Shown here piece after piece: positions 38,325 through 47,739 of a stretch of DNA of 64,000 nt. Within the stretch, counting starts at the first letter, position 1. Each line of letters begins with the position of its first letter. Below the pieces are notes generated by a model. It was not told where the DNA came from. It saw nothing but the letters and a program-made list of their open reading frames with translations, and made no database searches. The stretch comes from Chloroflexota bacterium (lineage in GTDB: Bacteria; Chloroflexota; Anaerolineae; UBA4142). The DNA is taken from assembly GCA_016219275.1 (NCBI GenBank), contig JACRBM010000039.1, forward strand, positions 24,751 to 88,750. The letters are read 5' to 3'. The translations under genes and the position numbers were made by a program.

Positions 38325-39299
38325 TCAACCGCCGATCTGCGACATCACGCGCGATTCGGCGATCACCTGTTCCTTGAGTCCGTGTCCCCACGGCTTGTTC
38401 CACACGCCGCGCGTCATCAACGCGCGCAACTCGTCGTCCGATGCGCCCGCGCGCAGAGACGTCATCAAATCCACTTCGTCATCGCGCAAAAGACACAAGC
38501 GTAGTTTGCCGTCCGCGCTCAGACGCATGCGATCACACCCCGCGCAAAACGGTTCTGTCACCGAACTGATAAAGCCCAGCGTCCCGCGTCCGCCGCGCAA
38601 ACGATACGGTCGCGCCGGATTGTGTCCATCCCACTCGACCGGTTCGAGCGCGCCGAACGCGTGCTCGATGCGCGCGCACATCTCGGCGACCGGCACGATG
38701 GAATCGGTTTGAAATTCGGCGATGCTTCCGAGCGGCATCACTTCGATAAAGCGCATATCCCAATCGTGTTCGAGCGTCAGCCGTGCGAGGTCGGCGATGT
38801 CATCCTCGTTGTACCCGCGCACGACGACGGCGTTGAGCTTGATCGGCTTGAGTCCCGCGCACTCGGCGGCTTGAATGCCGCGCCACACGTGTTCCAATTT
38901 ACCGATGCGCGTGATTTTGAAAAAGCGTTCGGCATCGAGCGTGTCAATACTGATATTGACGCGTTTCAATCCCGCACGCGCGAGCGGCTCGGCGATACGT
39001 TCCAACTTGAGCGCGTTCGTCGTCATCGCGATTTCCTGAATCCCCGGAATCGCCGCGATGCCGCCGACGATCTGCACAAGATTCGGGCGCACGGTCGGTT
39101 CGCCGCCGGTCAAACGCACACGATCGAACCCAACGCTTACCGCGACGCGCACCAGGCGCAATAATTCGTCGTCCTGCAACAAATGCGCGTGCGGCGCGAA
39201 TTGCATATCCGCCGGCATACAATATACGCACCGCAAATTGCACCGGTCGGTCAAAGAAATTCGCAAGTAGTGAATATTGCGCCCGAACGAGTCGTTCAT
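38325..39299 (-). CDS. moaA: GTP 3',8-cyclase (molybdenum cofactor biosynthesis protein A)
   Basis: It has a radical-SAM CNLRCVYC motif and a C-terminal Cys triad (CAGCDRMRL), with MoaA family length. Confidence 0.9.
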   Translation of the reverse strand: MNDSFGRNIHYLRISLTDRCNLRCVYCMPADMQFAPHAHLLQDDELLRLVRVAVSVGFDRVRLTGGEPTVRPNLVQIVGGIAAIPGIQEIAMTTNALKLERIAEPLARAGLKRVNISIDTLDAERFFKITRIGKLEHVWRGIQAAECAGLKPIKLNAVVVRGYNEDDIADLARLTLEHDWDMRFIEVMPLGSIAEFQTDSIVPVAEMCARIEHAFGALEPVEWDGHNPARPYRLRGGRGTLGFISSVTEPFCAGCDRMRLSADGKLRLCLLRDDEVDLMTSLRAGASDDELRALMTRGVWNKPWGHGLKEQVIAESRVMSQIGG

Positions 39300-39916
39300 T
39301 TTGGCTTTCGAATTACGAAACTACACGCGCAGTCACAATTCGCCAAGCACTGCGTCATTTTCATCGGCGCGTCCACCAGCGCATCCACGAGCGCGATGTC
39401 CAACTCGCACACTTCGCGATGCTCGCGCGCAACGCGGCGGTACGGACAGTTGCACACACGCAACAATAAATCGCCGTTCGATTTCTCGACGCGCGCCAAA
39501 TAACCGCGCGCGGAGAGAAATGCCGCCGCGCGATTCACGCGCGCCTGGATGCCCGCGCCCTGACGTAAGGGCGTCGCTGCCTCCGCCGCGCGGCGACCGG
39601 CGCGGCGCAACATGACGCGCGCCTGCTTGGGACCCTGCGTCTCGATAATTTCGGCGATCAGTTGCTCGGCGAGTTGATGATACTGCTTGGGCAACTCTTC
39701 ATGTCCCTCGTCCGCGAGCGCGTACAGCAGTTGCGGTCGCCCGACCACGCCGCGATGCGCGGCATCCTGCAAGACGACCTGCCCATCGTTCATCAAGCGC
39801 GCGAGGTGATAGCGCAGCGCCATCGGGGTATGCGCTGCATCACGCGCCAGCTCTTCCAACGGAAGCGGACCGCGGGTGCTGAGGGTTTCGAGAATCGTTT
39901 GGCGGACAGTGGACAT
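39296..39916 (-). CDS. ArsR-like HTH transcriptional regulator with C-terminal Cys-rich metal/cluster-binding domain (SufR-like)
   Basis: It has an N-terminal wHTH (ILETLSTRGPLPLEELARDA). C-terminal Cys motifs are CNCPY, CELD and CLANCDCAC. Its stop overlaps the moaA start. Confidence 0.6.
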   Translation of the reverse strand: MSTVRQTILETLSTRGPLPLEELARDAAHTPMALRYHLARLMNDGQVVLQDAAHRGVVGRPQLLYALADEGHEELPKQYHQLAEQLIAEIIETQGPKQARVMLRRAGRRAAEAATPLRQGAGIQARVNRAAAFLSARGYLARVEKSNGDLLLRVCNCPYRRVAREHREVCELDIALVDALVDAPMKMTQCLANCDCACSFVIRKPK

Positions 39917-40055
39917 GGTTGACCTACGTGGACCGATTATAGCATACGTGGCGAGCGGCGTCAATAAGTGTAAACTTTTTTTTATTAATTCGCCGTTTGT
40001 GTTGCGCTCTCCCTTTGAGTATAATCTCGACTATTCAAAGCATCGCGGAGGGAAG

Positions 40056-40478
40056 ATGAAGCAGATCGGCGCGCTGGCGACGATTTTCGACGACGCGGGC
40101 AGAGTGTTGCTCGTGCACCAAACGTACAGCGGTTGTAAATGGGCATTGCCCGGCGGTGAGGTGAACGCGGGCGAAGCGCCGTGGAACGCGGCGGTGCGCG
40201 AAGTGAAAGAGGAAACCGGACTAGTTGTCGAGATTGTCCGCTTCGTCAGTCTGTACTATTTCTCCGACCGCGACGGGCTTGGTTTTCATTTCCTGTGCCG
40301 TCCGGTCGGCGGCGAGCTGTGCGCGGATGGGCACGAAATTTCCGAGTTGGCGTACTGGGACCTTGCCGATCTGCCCGTGCCGATGACCAAACCCGCACGC
40401 CAACGTCTCGCCGACGCGCTCGCGAATCGCGCCGAACCGATTTTTCGCACGTTCGACCGCGTGGAGATAATCGAGTGA
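40056..40478 (+). CDS. NUDIX hydrolase
   Basis: It has a Nudix box GGEVNAGEAPWNAAVREVKEETG. Confidence 0.8.
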   Translation: MKQIGALATIFDDAGRVLLVHQTYSGCKWALPGGEVNAGEAPWNAAVREVKEETGLVVEIVRFVSLYYFSDRDGLGFHFLCRPVGGELCADGHEISELAYWDLADLPVPMTKPARQRLADALANRAEPIFRTFDRVEIIE

Positions 40479-40888
40479 ACGCGACGGAACGGTCGGCGGG
40501 CGCGGTCGTATTTCATCGCGGCGAGCGTATCGAATTCCTGTTGTTGCTCGCGACGTACTGGGGATTTCCCAAAGGGTTAATCGAACCGGGCGAAGACGAG
40601 CCGACTGCCGCGTTGCGCGAGATTCGCGAAGAAACTGGGTTGAGCGTGGCACTGCTCGACGGTTTTCGCACGGTGGACGAGTATTGGTATCGGCGCGGCG
40701 ACGCGCGCATCAAAAAGCAGGCGATCTATTTCGTCGCCGAGTCACCCAGTCGCGCCGCGCGTATTTCGCACGAGCACCTTGATATCGCGTGGCTCGATTA
40801 CAACACGGCGATGGCGCGCTTGGATTTCGTGAATCTGCGCGAGACGTTGCGGAAGGCGAATGAGTTTGTTCTGAAACGTGAGACGTGA
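40475..40888 (+). CDS. NUDIX hydrolase (second, tandem)
   Basis: A GTG start overlaps the previous TGA. It has a Nudix box GLIEPGEDEPTAALREIREETG. Confidence 0.65.
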   Translation: MNATERSAGAVVFHRGERIEFLLLLATYWGFPKGLIEPGEDEPTAALREIREETGLSVALLDGFRTVDEYWYRRGDARIKKQAIYFVAESPSRAARISHEHLDIAWLDYNTAMARLDFVNLRETLRKANEFVLKRET

Positions 40889-40970
40889 TGCGTGATGTGT
40901 ATTGCGTGTTGCGTGTTGCGTGTTGCGTATACTCACATATCACGCATCACGAGGGATGGGTTCAGGGCTG

Positions 40971-42074
40971 ATGAAAATCTTGGCGATAGATATCGGGACT
41001 GGCACTCAAGACATTTTACTATTCGATACGACAACCGAGGTCGAGAATTGTTTGCAGATGATCATGCCGTCGCCGACCGTACTGGTCGCGCGGCAGATTC
41101 GTGAAGCGACCGCGCGCGGCGATGACGTTCTGCTGACCGGCACGATCATGGGCGGCGGTCCGTCGTCGTGGGCGGCGGACGATCATCTGCGCGCGGGACG
41201 CCGTGTCTTTGCAACGCCGAGCGCGGCGAAAAGTTTCAACGACGAACTCGAACAAGTCGAAAAATCCGGCATCCAGGTCGTCAGCGACGACGAAGCCGCG
41301 CGAATGCGCGACGTTCGCCGCGTCGAAATGCGCGATGTGAACCTGGACGCGCTCGCGCGTGCATTTGACGCGTTCGGCGTTCCGCTGCAATTCGACGCGC
41401 TCGCCATCGCCGTGTTCGATCACGGCAACGCGCCGCCCGGTTACAGCGACCGGCTCTTTCGTTTCGATTTCATCGCGGAACGCTTGAAACAGTTCAACAG
41501 TCCCGCCGCGTTCGCGTTCATGCACGATCAGATTCCGCCGCGTCTCACGCGGATGCAAGCTGTCGCCGATTCCGCGCGCGTGGATGTTCCGTTGTTGATG
41601 ATGGACACCGCACCTGCCGCGGTGCTCGGCGCGCTCGAAGATGAGCGCGTGCGCGCGCAGCGTACCGCGCTGATCGCGAATGTCGGCAATTTTCACACGC
41701 TTGCATTTCGCTACAGCGACGGCGCGATCACCGGCGTGTTCGAGCATCACACCGGCGAACTCAAGCCGGCGCAGTTGGAAGGATTCATCGCGCAACTCGC
41801 CGGCGGCACGTTGACGCACGACGCGATTTTCAACTCGCAGGGGCACGGCGCGCTCGTGCTCGATGCGCGCGCCGACCCGCTCGATTTTCTCGCGCTCGTC
41901 GGACCACGGCGCGGCATTCTCGCGCGTTCAAAACTGAAACCGTACTTTGCCACGCCGTATGGCGACATGATGCTCGCCGGGTGTTATGGCTTGGTGCGCG
42001 CGTACTCGGAATTGAACCCAGACGTTGCGCCGGAAATTGGGCGTACCCTGGACACGGCGAGAGAAACCGTCTAG
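40971..42074 (+). CDS. ASKHA-fold (actin-like ATPase) protein, DUF1786-like
   Basis: It has an N-terminal phosphate-1 loop MKILAIDIGTGTQD. It is 367 aa with no further assignable motifs. Confidence 0.5.
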   Translation: MKILAIDIGTGTQDILLFDTTTEVENCLQMIMPSPTVLVARQIREATARGDDVLLTGTIMGGGPSSWAADDHLRAGRRVFATPSAAKSFNDELEQVEKSGIQVVSDDEAARMRDVRRVEMRDVNLDALARAFDAFGVPLQFDALAIAVFDHGNAPPGYSDRLFRFDFIAERLKQFNSPAAFAFMHDQIPPRLTRMQAVADSARVDVPLLMMDTAPAAVLGALEDERVRAQRTALIANVGNFHTLAFRYSDGAITGVFEHHTGELKPAQLEGFIAQLAGGTLTHDAIFNSQGHGALVLDARADPLDFLALVGPRRGILARSKLKPYFATPYGDMMLAGCYGLVRAYSELNPDVAPEIGRTLDTARETV

Positions 42075-42075
42075 T

Positions 42076-42121
42076 CAATTTTCGATTTGCGATTTTTGAC
42101 TTTGGATTGAAAATCGAAAAT
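42076..42121. repeat. Repeat family B copy 3 (tcaattttcgatttgcgatttttgactttggattgaaaatcgaaaatg)
   Basis: It starts right after the TAG stop of the DUF1786-like gene. Its first 25 nt are almost identical to copy 2. Confidence 0.8.
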
Positions 42122-42362
42122 GCCGGATCGCGTTTTTACCGAACAAGAATTGAAAAAATACGATGGCTCGCGCCGGATGCCGATGTACATCGCGTACAAT
42201 GGTTTGGTGTACGATGTCACGTCGAGTCCGCATTGGCGCGATGGCATGCATCGTAATTTGCATTTCGCCGGGCAAGACCTGACGAGCGAACTCGCCGATT
42301 CACCGCACGGCGAGAGCGTGTTTCGAAAATATCCGGTGGTCGGCGTGCTAAAGCGCGAATAG
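42120..42362 (+). CDS. Cytochrome b5-like heme/steroid-binding domain protein
   Basis: It has FTEQELKKYDG, HWRDGMH and GQDLT, matching the Cyt-b5 fold signature with its two His ligands. Confidence 0.7.
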   Translation: MPDRVFTEQELKKYDGSRRMPMYIAYNGLVYDVTSSPHWRDGMHRNLHFAGQDLTSELADSPHGESVFRKYPVVGVLKRE

Positions 42363-42431
42363 CGAATAGCAGATGCCAAATGCCAAATGGCGAATGGTGA
42401 ATTGCCATACGCCATTCGCCAAAGGAGCAAT

Positions 42432-43148
42432 ATGACTGGCACTATCATCAACATTATCACCGTCATTGTCGGCGGAACACTCGGCACGCTTCTAGGCAAT
42501 CGCTTGCCGGAAAAGATGCGCGGCACCGTGATGAGCGGTCTCGGATTGATGACGCTGGTCATTGGCGCGCAAATGGCAATGAGTTCGCGCAACATCTTGA
42601 TCGTGCTCGCGAGTATCTTGGTCGGCGGCATCATTGGCGAGTGGCTGGGCATTCAAGCCGCGCTCGACTCGATTGGCAAAAAATTAGAAGAGCGGTTTGC
42701 GCGCGGCGGCGAGTCCGGCAAATTTGCGCGCGGGTACGTCACCGCGAGTCTGCTCTTTTGCGTCGGTCCGATGACGTACCTGGGTTCGATTCAAGATGGT
42801 CTGGTCGGCGATTACAATTTGCTCGCGATCAAGTCTGTGCTGGATGGCTTTGCTGGGCTAGCGTTCGCGTCTACACTCGGCATCGGCGTCGCATTTTCCG
42901 CGTTGACGGTGTTCGTCGTGCAGGGGAGCATCAGTCTCGCGGCGATGTTGCTCGGCGGTACACTAGGCACGGTCACGCGCGAGACACCCTGGGTTGTCGA
43001 AATGACCGCGACCGGCGGGGTGTTGATCATGGCGATCAGTTTGATCCTACTCGATCTCAAACAAGTGCGCGTCGGTAATTTGCTGCCGGCAATTTTCATT
43101 GCGCCGCTGATTATTACGGTGCTTGCGCTGCTCAAGATTGGAATATGA
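42432..43148 (+). CDS. DUF554-family membrane protein (YqgA-like)
   Basis: An AAAGGAG SD precedes the ATG. It has the Gly-rich multi-TM pattern typical of DUF554. Confidence 0.7.
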   Translation: MTGTIINIITVIVGGTLGTLLGNRLPEKMRGTVMSGLGLMTLVIGAQMAMSSRNILIVLASILVGGIIGEWLGIQAALDSIGKKLEERFARGGESGKFARGYVTASLLFCVGPMTYLGSIQDGLVGDYNLLAIKSVLDGFAGLAFASTLGIGVAFSALTVFVVQGSISLAAMLLGGTLGTVTRETPWVVEMTATGGVLIMAISLILLDLKQVRVGNLLPAIFIAPLIITVLALLKIGI

Positions 43149-43150
43149 AA

Positions 43151-43187
43151 CAAGACCCGACCGAATCGAGCGACCGGTCGGGTCTTG
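43151..43187 (+). terminator. Rho-independent terminator
   Basis: A hairpin (caagacccgaccg...cggtcgggtcttg) is followed by ttgttt. Confidence 0.6.
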
Positions 43188-43234
43188 TTGTTTGGAGCAA
43201 ATTCCGTTTTGATTTGCGGCGCGCGCTGCACACA

Positions 43235-43268
43235 AGACCTGTCAGGTTTCTAGAAACCTGACAGGTCT
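43235..43268. repeat. Perfect 34-bp palindrome
   Basis: The sequence is agacctgtcaggtttctagaaacctgacaggtct, lying between convergent genes. Confidence 0.7.
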
Positions 43269-43298
43269 TGCGCTTTCAAACCTTCGCAAGGATGCTGT

Positions 43299-44195
43299 TT
43301 ACGCTTGCTGTGATTTGATCTCCTTCTGCGCCAATCCTTCGAGGTGTGTGACCATGCTCGACGTGTCCCAGTCGCCGCGCCCGGCGTTCATCAGCGCGGT
43401 CATCATCTCGCGCACCTGCGCGGTGATCGGCAGTGACACGCCGTACTCTTTGCCCGCCGCCATCACAATATCCAGGTCTTTGCGATGCAAGCGCAAACGA
43501 AAACCTGGTTTGAAATTGTGGTCGAGCATCCGCTGTCCGTGAAATTCTAAACTGCGACTGTACGCCGAGCCGCCCAGCAACGCCTGACGCACTTTCGCCG
43601 GGTCAACGCCGGCTTTCGCGGCGAACACCAACGCTTCGGACACCGCTTCGATGTTGATCGAGGTGATGATTTGATTCGCGGCTTTGGTGATTTGTCCCGC
43701 GCCGGCATCACCCATCAACGTAATCGTCTTGCCGAGTTTCTGGAGAATGGGCAAGGCGCGTGCGAACGCGGCTTCCGTTCCGCCGACCATGATCGTTAAC
43801 GTCGCGTTTTGCGCGCCAATATCGCCGCCGCTCACCGGCGCGTCGAGAAATTCGCAACCGCGCGCCGCCGCGTCTTGCGCGAGTTTACGCGCGGTGACCG
43901 GCGAAGTCGTACCCATATCCACGAACAGCATCCCAGGTCGCGCGCCGTCAAACACGCCGTCCTTGCCGGCGAACGCGTGCTCCACGTCCGGCGTGTCCGG
44001 CAAATTCGTGATGACCACGTCGCTGTTCTGCGCGATCTCTTTCGGCGAGGCGTACCATATTGCGCCCGCCGCGAGCAAATCTTCAACCTTGGCGCGTGTG
44101 CGCGTGAACAGGTTGAGCAAATAACCCGCGTTCATCAAATTGCGCGCCATTGGTTTGCCCATCGCGCCGAGACCGATAAAGCCAATGCGTTCCAT
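43299..44195 (-). CDS. NAD-binding 6PGDH-like/3-hydroxyisobutyrate dehydrogenase family oxidoreductase (tartronate semialdehyde reductase-like)
   Basis: It has GFIGLGAMGKPMA Rossmann and NAD_binding_11 C-domain motifs (DAPVSGG). The start is placed at MERIGFIG. Confidence 0.8.
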   Translation of the reverse strand: MERIGFIGLGAMGKPMARNLMNAGYLLNLFTRTRAKVEDLLAAGAIWYASPKEIAQNSDVVITNLPDTPDVEHAFAGKDGVFDGARPGMLFVDMGTTSPVTARKLAQDAAARGCEFLDAPVSGGDIGAQNATLTIMVGGTEAAFARALPILQKLGKTITLMGDAGAGQITKAANQIITSINIEAVSEALVFAAKAGVDPAKVRQALLGGSAYSRSLEFHGQRMLDHNFKPGFRLRLHRKDLDIVMAAGKEYGVSLPITAQVREMMTALMNAGRGDWDTSSMVTHLEGLAQKEIKSQQA

Positions 44196-44244
44196 CAATC
44201 CTCCAAAATAACGTAGAGGCGACGAATGCGTCGCCCCTACCGAT

Positions 44245-45648
44245 TTAATGCCAATCGCTGTGGAACACGCCCTCTCTGTCGGTGCGAAGGTACGTGTGTG
44301 CGCCAAAGTAATCGCGCTGTGCCTGGGTCAGGTTCGCCGGCAACGTCGCGGTGCGGTACGCGTCGAGGTATGCGAGCGAACTCGACAGCGCGAGACACGG
44401 AATACCAAGCGACACCGCGGTCTGCACGACCAGGCGCAACGACGCTTGCCGACTCGCGACATCCGCGCGGAAACTTTCGTCCATGAGCAAGTTCGGCAAA
44501 TCGGGATTGCGACGGAACGCATCGGTGATGCGATTGAGGAATTGCGCGCGAATGATGCAACCCCCGCGCCAAATCGCTGCGAGTTCGCCGAATTTCAAAT
44601 CGTACTCGTACTCCTTGCTCGCCGCGCGCAACAACGCCATGCCTTGCGCGTACGAACAAATCTTTGCCGCGTACAACGCATTCCGCACCGCTTCGATCAA
44701 TTCCTTGCGGTCGCCGGTGTACTTTATCGTTGGTCCCGCGATGACTTTGCTCGCGGCGACGCGCTCGTCTTTGAACGCCGAAATGTTGCGCGAATCGAGC
44801 GCGGCGTTGATCGTCGGCAGCGGCACACCCAGGTCGAACGCGGACTGGCTCGTCCACTTGCCGGTGCCTTTTTGTCCGGCGGAGTCGAGCACGAAATCCA
44901 CCAAGCCCTTGCCGGTGTCTGGGTCTTTTTTGCGGAAGATGTGGCTCGTGATTTCGACGAGGTACGATTGCAGTTCGCCCTTGTTCCACTCGGTGAAAAT
45001 GTCCGCGAGTTCATCGTCGGTCAAGTCGAGCGCGCGATGCAAAACGTCGTATGCCTCGGCGATGAGTTGCATGTCGCCGTACTCGATGCCGTTATGCGCC
45101 ATCTTGACGTAGTGACCCGCGCCGCGCGGTCCGATGTACGTGACGCACGGCTCGCCTTCCACCTTCGCCGAAATCGCGATGAAAATATCCTTGACGAGTT
45201 CGTACGCTTCGCGCGAGCCGCCCGGCATAATGCTGGGTCCCCACAGCGCGCCTTCTTCGCCGCCCGACACGCCGACGCCGAGATAACGCAATCCTTTCGC
45301 TTCGAGTTCTTTCGTGCGGCGTTCATCGTCCGGGAAGAACGAGTTGCCGCCGTCAATGATGAGGTCGCCCGGTTCGAGGAGCGGCACGAGTTGTTCGATG
45401 ACCGCGTCCACCGGTTTGCCGGCTTTGACCATGATCATCATCTTGCGCGGTCGCTTGAGCGCGGCGACGAAATCCGCCAGCGTCTCGCAACCGATCAATT
45501 TCTTGTCCGGATGGCGCGCCACAAAATCTTTCATCGTCTTGGTCGTGCGATTGTGAACCGCGACGGTAAACCCGTTGCGTTCCATGTTCAACACCAAGTT
45601 CTCGCCCATCACTGCCAAACCGGTAAGACCAATGTCTGCTTTGCTCAC
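44245..45648 (-). CDS. gnd: 6-phosphogluconate dehydrogenase, decarboxylating
   Basis: It has DIGLTGLAVMGENLVLN and IIDGGNS motifs, with Gnd family conservation across its full length. Confidence 0.9.
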   Translation of the reverse strand: MSKADIGLTGLAVMGENLVLNMERNGFTVAVHNRTTKTMKDFVARHPDKKLIGCETLADFVAALKRPRKMMIMVKAGKPVDAVIEQLVPLLEPGDLIIDGGNSFFPDDERRTKELEAKGLRYLGVGVSGGEEGALWGPSIMPGGSREAYELVKDIFIAISAKVEGEPCVTYIGPRGAGHYVKMAHNGIEYGDMQLIAEAYDVLHRALDLTDDELADIFTEWNKGELQSYLVEITSHIFRKKDPDTGKGLVDFVLDSAGQKGTGKWTSQSAFDLGVPLPTINAALDSRNISAFKDERVAASKVIAGPTIKYTGDRKELIEAVRNALYAAKICSYAQGMALLRAASKEYEYDLKFGELAAIWRGGCIIRAQFLNRITDAFRRNPDLPNLLMDESFRADVASRQASLRLVVQTAVSLGIPCLALSSSLAYLDAYRTATLPANLTQAQRDYFGAHTYLRTDREGVFHSDWH

Positions 45649-45661
45649 AGTTGCTTTCCTT

Positions 45662-46495
45662 TCAAGAATTGAGATGTATCACTGCTTCACTGTTCGAAAT
45701 CAGTGGAATAAATAACCCAACGACCTTTGGATCAAAATGCGCGCCCGCTTGATCCTGAATGTACTCGATCACTTGATCGGGTTCCCACGCTCGACGATAC
45801 GGGCGGTTCGATAAAAGCGCGTCCCACACATCCGCGACCGCAAAGATTCGCGCCGCGAGCGGGATTTGATCGCCGCGTAATCCGCGCGGGTAACCCGTGC
45901 CGTCCCACTTTTCGTGATGACAGTACGGAATGTCCAACGCCGCATTCAAAAATGAAATCCCCGCGAGCGTCTGGTATGCCATCGTCGGATGCTGGCGCAT
46001 GATTATCCACTCGGCATCGTCGAGCTTGCCGGGCTTGCGTAAAATGTGATCGGGCACACCGATCTTGCCAATGTCGTGCAACAACGCGCCGCGCCGGATG
46101 TGCTCCAATTCCGTCGCGCCGACTCCCATCGCGCGCGCCACACGCAAGGTCAAATCGCAAACGCGCTGCGTATGATTGCTCGTCTCGTGGTCGCGCAGAT
46201 CAAGCGCGTGCACCCAGCTCTTCAACGTTGCGTCGTAGTTATGTTCCAACGCGCGACGCGAATTTTCTAGCGCCGAGAAATCGCGCTGGATGAGTGTGTA
46301 CAACAGAATTGCCGTCGCGAGGACATAGAACCATCCTTTCGCAGTTTGCGCGCGCGTGAGGAGATTCGGGTCAACGAACAGCGCCGCCAACAATTGGTCG
46401 GAGAATACAATCCAGATTCCACCGATTATGACATAGAGAGACGTAAGTTTGAATGGCACGGGCACACCCAAGTCCCTCTTTTTTGCCGACTCCAC
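45662..46495 (-). CDS. Membrane-anchored HD-GYP domain phosphodiesterase
   Basis: It has two N-terminal TM helices. Its motifs are ALLHDIGKIGVPD and HHEKWDGTGYPRGL. Confidence 0.8.
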   Translation of the reverse strand: MESAKKRDLGVPVPFKLTSLYVIIGGIWIVFSDQLLAALFVDPNLLTRAQTAKGWFYVLATAILLYTLIQRDFSALENSRRALEHNYDATLKSWVHALDLRDHETSNHTQRVCDLTLRVARAMGVGATELEHIRRGALLHDIGKIGVPDHILRKPGKLDDAEWIIMRQHPTMAYQTLAGISFLNAALDIPYCHHEKWDGTGYPRGLRGDQIPLAARIFAVADVWDALLSNRPYRRAWEPDQVIEYIQDQAGAHFDPKVVGLFIPLISNSEAVIHLNS

Positions 46496-46713
46496 AGCAG
46501 ACCTCCTTCATCAGACGGTAGCCGTGCGCGCTGGCGGCGCGCCAACAAGTAGGTCCAATTATAGAGCGGACAAACGCGAGTGTCAATTTTCACGTTCACG
46601 ATTGATGTAGGAGCGAGGCATTCGCGAATAATACTTGCTTGGACAACCTGGTTGACTTGGCGCAACGCGTTTCGATTATTACGCGATTCTGCCAATGCCT
46701 CGTCCCCACTCTG

Positions 46714-47739
46714 TCACGGTTTCAAAATCACCTTGACCAGATCCATCTCCCCTTTCGCTAAATCATCGATCAACGAGGTTCCTTCATCGAGCGACGCGAT
46801 TTTTTCGACGAGCGGCAATGGGTTGATTCTGCCGGTGCGAATCATTTCGATGGATTGCGCGAATTCGTCGTTGAATCCGTACGTGCCGCGCACGGTCACT
46901 TCGCGCGTAACGATTTGTTGCATGTTGATCGTCACTTCGGGATCGCTGTTGCCGATCCAGGTCACGCTGCCGCCGTTGCGAACGAGCGCGAGCGATTGCT
47001 TGACCGTCGGCGTAATGCCGACTGCTTCGATAACCGCGTGCGCGCCGCGTCCGTTCGTCAGCGATTGCACGATGGCGACCGGGTCTTGTTGCGCGACGTT
47101 GACGACGACATCCGCGCCGAGTTTTTTCGCGACGGCTAAACGATGTTCGCTCAAATCGGTAACGATGATTTTTCCCGCACCGCGCAGTTTCGCGGCGAGA
47201 ATCGTCAGTAAGCCGATCGTGCCCGTGCCGATGATCGCGAGCGTGTCCATCAACTTGAACGGTGTGAGATTGACCGCGTGCATCGCGACCGCAAGCGGCT
47301 CGACGAGCGTCCCTTGATCCCAGGTCAATTCATCCGGCAACGCGAACACCATCTTTCGATGCACGCGCACCGCGTCCGCGTACGCACCGTTGAGATTCAC
47401 GCCGAGCGCGCTGCGGTTGAAGCAAATGTGCGGCAAACCCGCAAGACAATTTTCGCACGTCCCACACGTCAACAATGGATTCACGACGACGCGGTCGCCG
47501 ACTTTGCGCTCTTGCACGTTCGCGCCAATCGCGGTGACCGTGCCGGAAAATTCGTGTCCCATAATGATCGGCGGCTTGCGGCGACCGGTCGTACCTTTGA
47601 AGCCGTGCACATCCGAGCCACACACACCCACCGCGGCAACCTGGACGATCACATCATCAGGCGATGTCACCTGCGGCGCATCCACCTGACGCATCGGCAT
47701 TCGCCACGCGCCTTCGTAAACGAGTGCTTTCATTTTCAT
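46714..47739 (-). CDS. Zinc-dependent MDR alcohol/polyol dehydrogenase (threonine/sorbitol dehydrogenase-like)
   Basis: It has a GHEFSG catalytic Zn site, a CGTCENC structural Zn motif and a GTGTIG Rossmann motif. Confidence 0.85.
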   Translation of the reverse strand: MKMKALVYEGAWRMPMRQVDAPQVTSPDDVIVQVAAVGVCGSDVHGFKGTTGRRKPPIIMGHEFSGTVTAIGANVQERKVGDRVVVNPLLTCGTCENCLAGLPHICFNRSALGVNLNGAYADAVRVHRKMVFALPDELTWDQGTLVEPLAVAMHAVNLTPFKLMDTLAIIGTGTIGLLTILAAKLRGAGKIIVTDLSEHRLAVAKKLGADVVVNVAQQDPVAIVQSLTNGRGAHAVIEAVGITPTVKQSLALVRNGGSVTWIGNSDPEVTINMQQIVTREVTVRGTYGFNDEFAQSIEMIRTGRINPLPLVEKIASLDEGTSLIDDLAKGEMDLVKVILKP

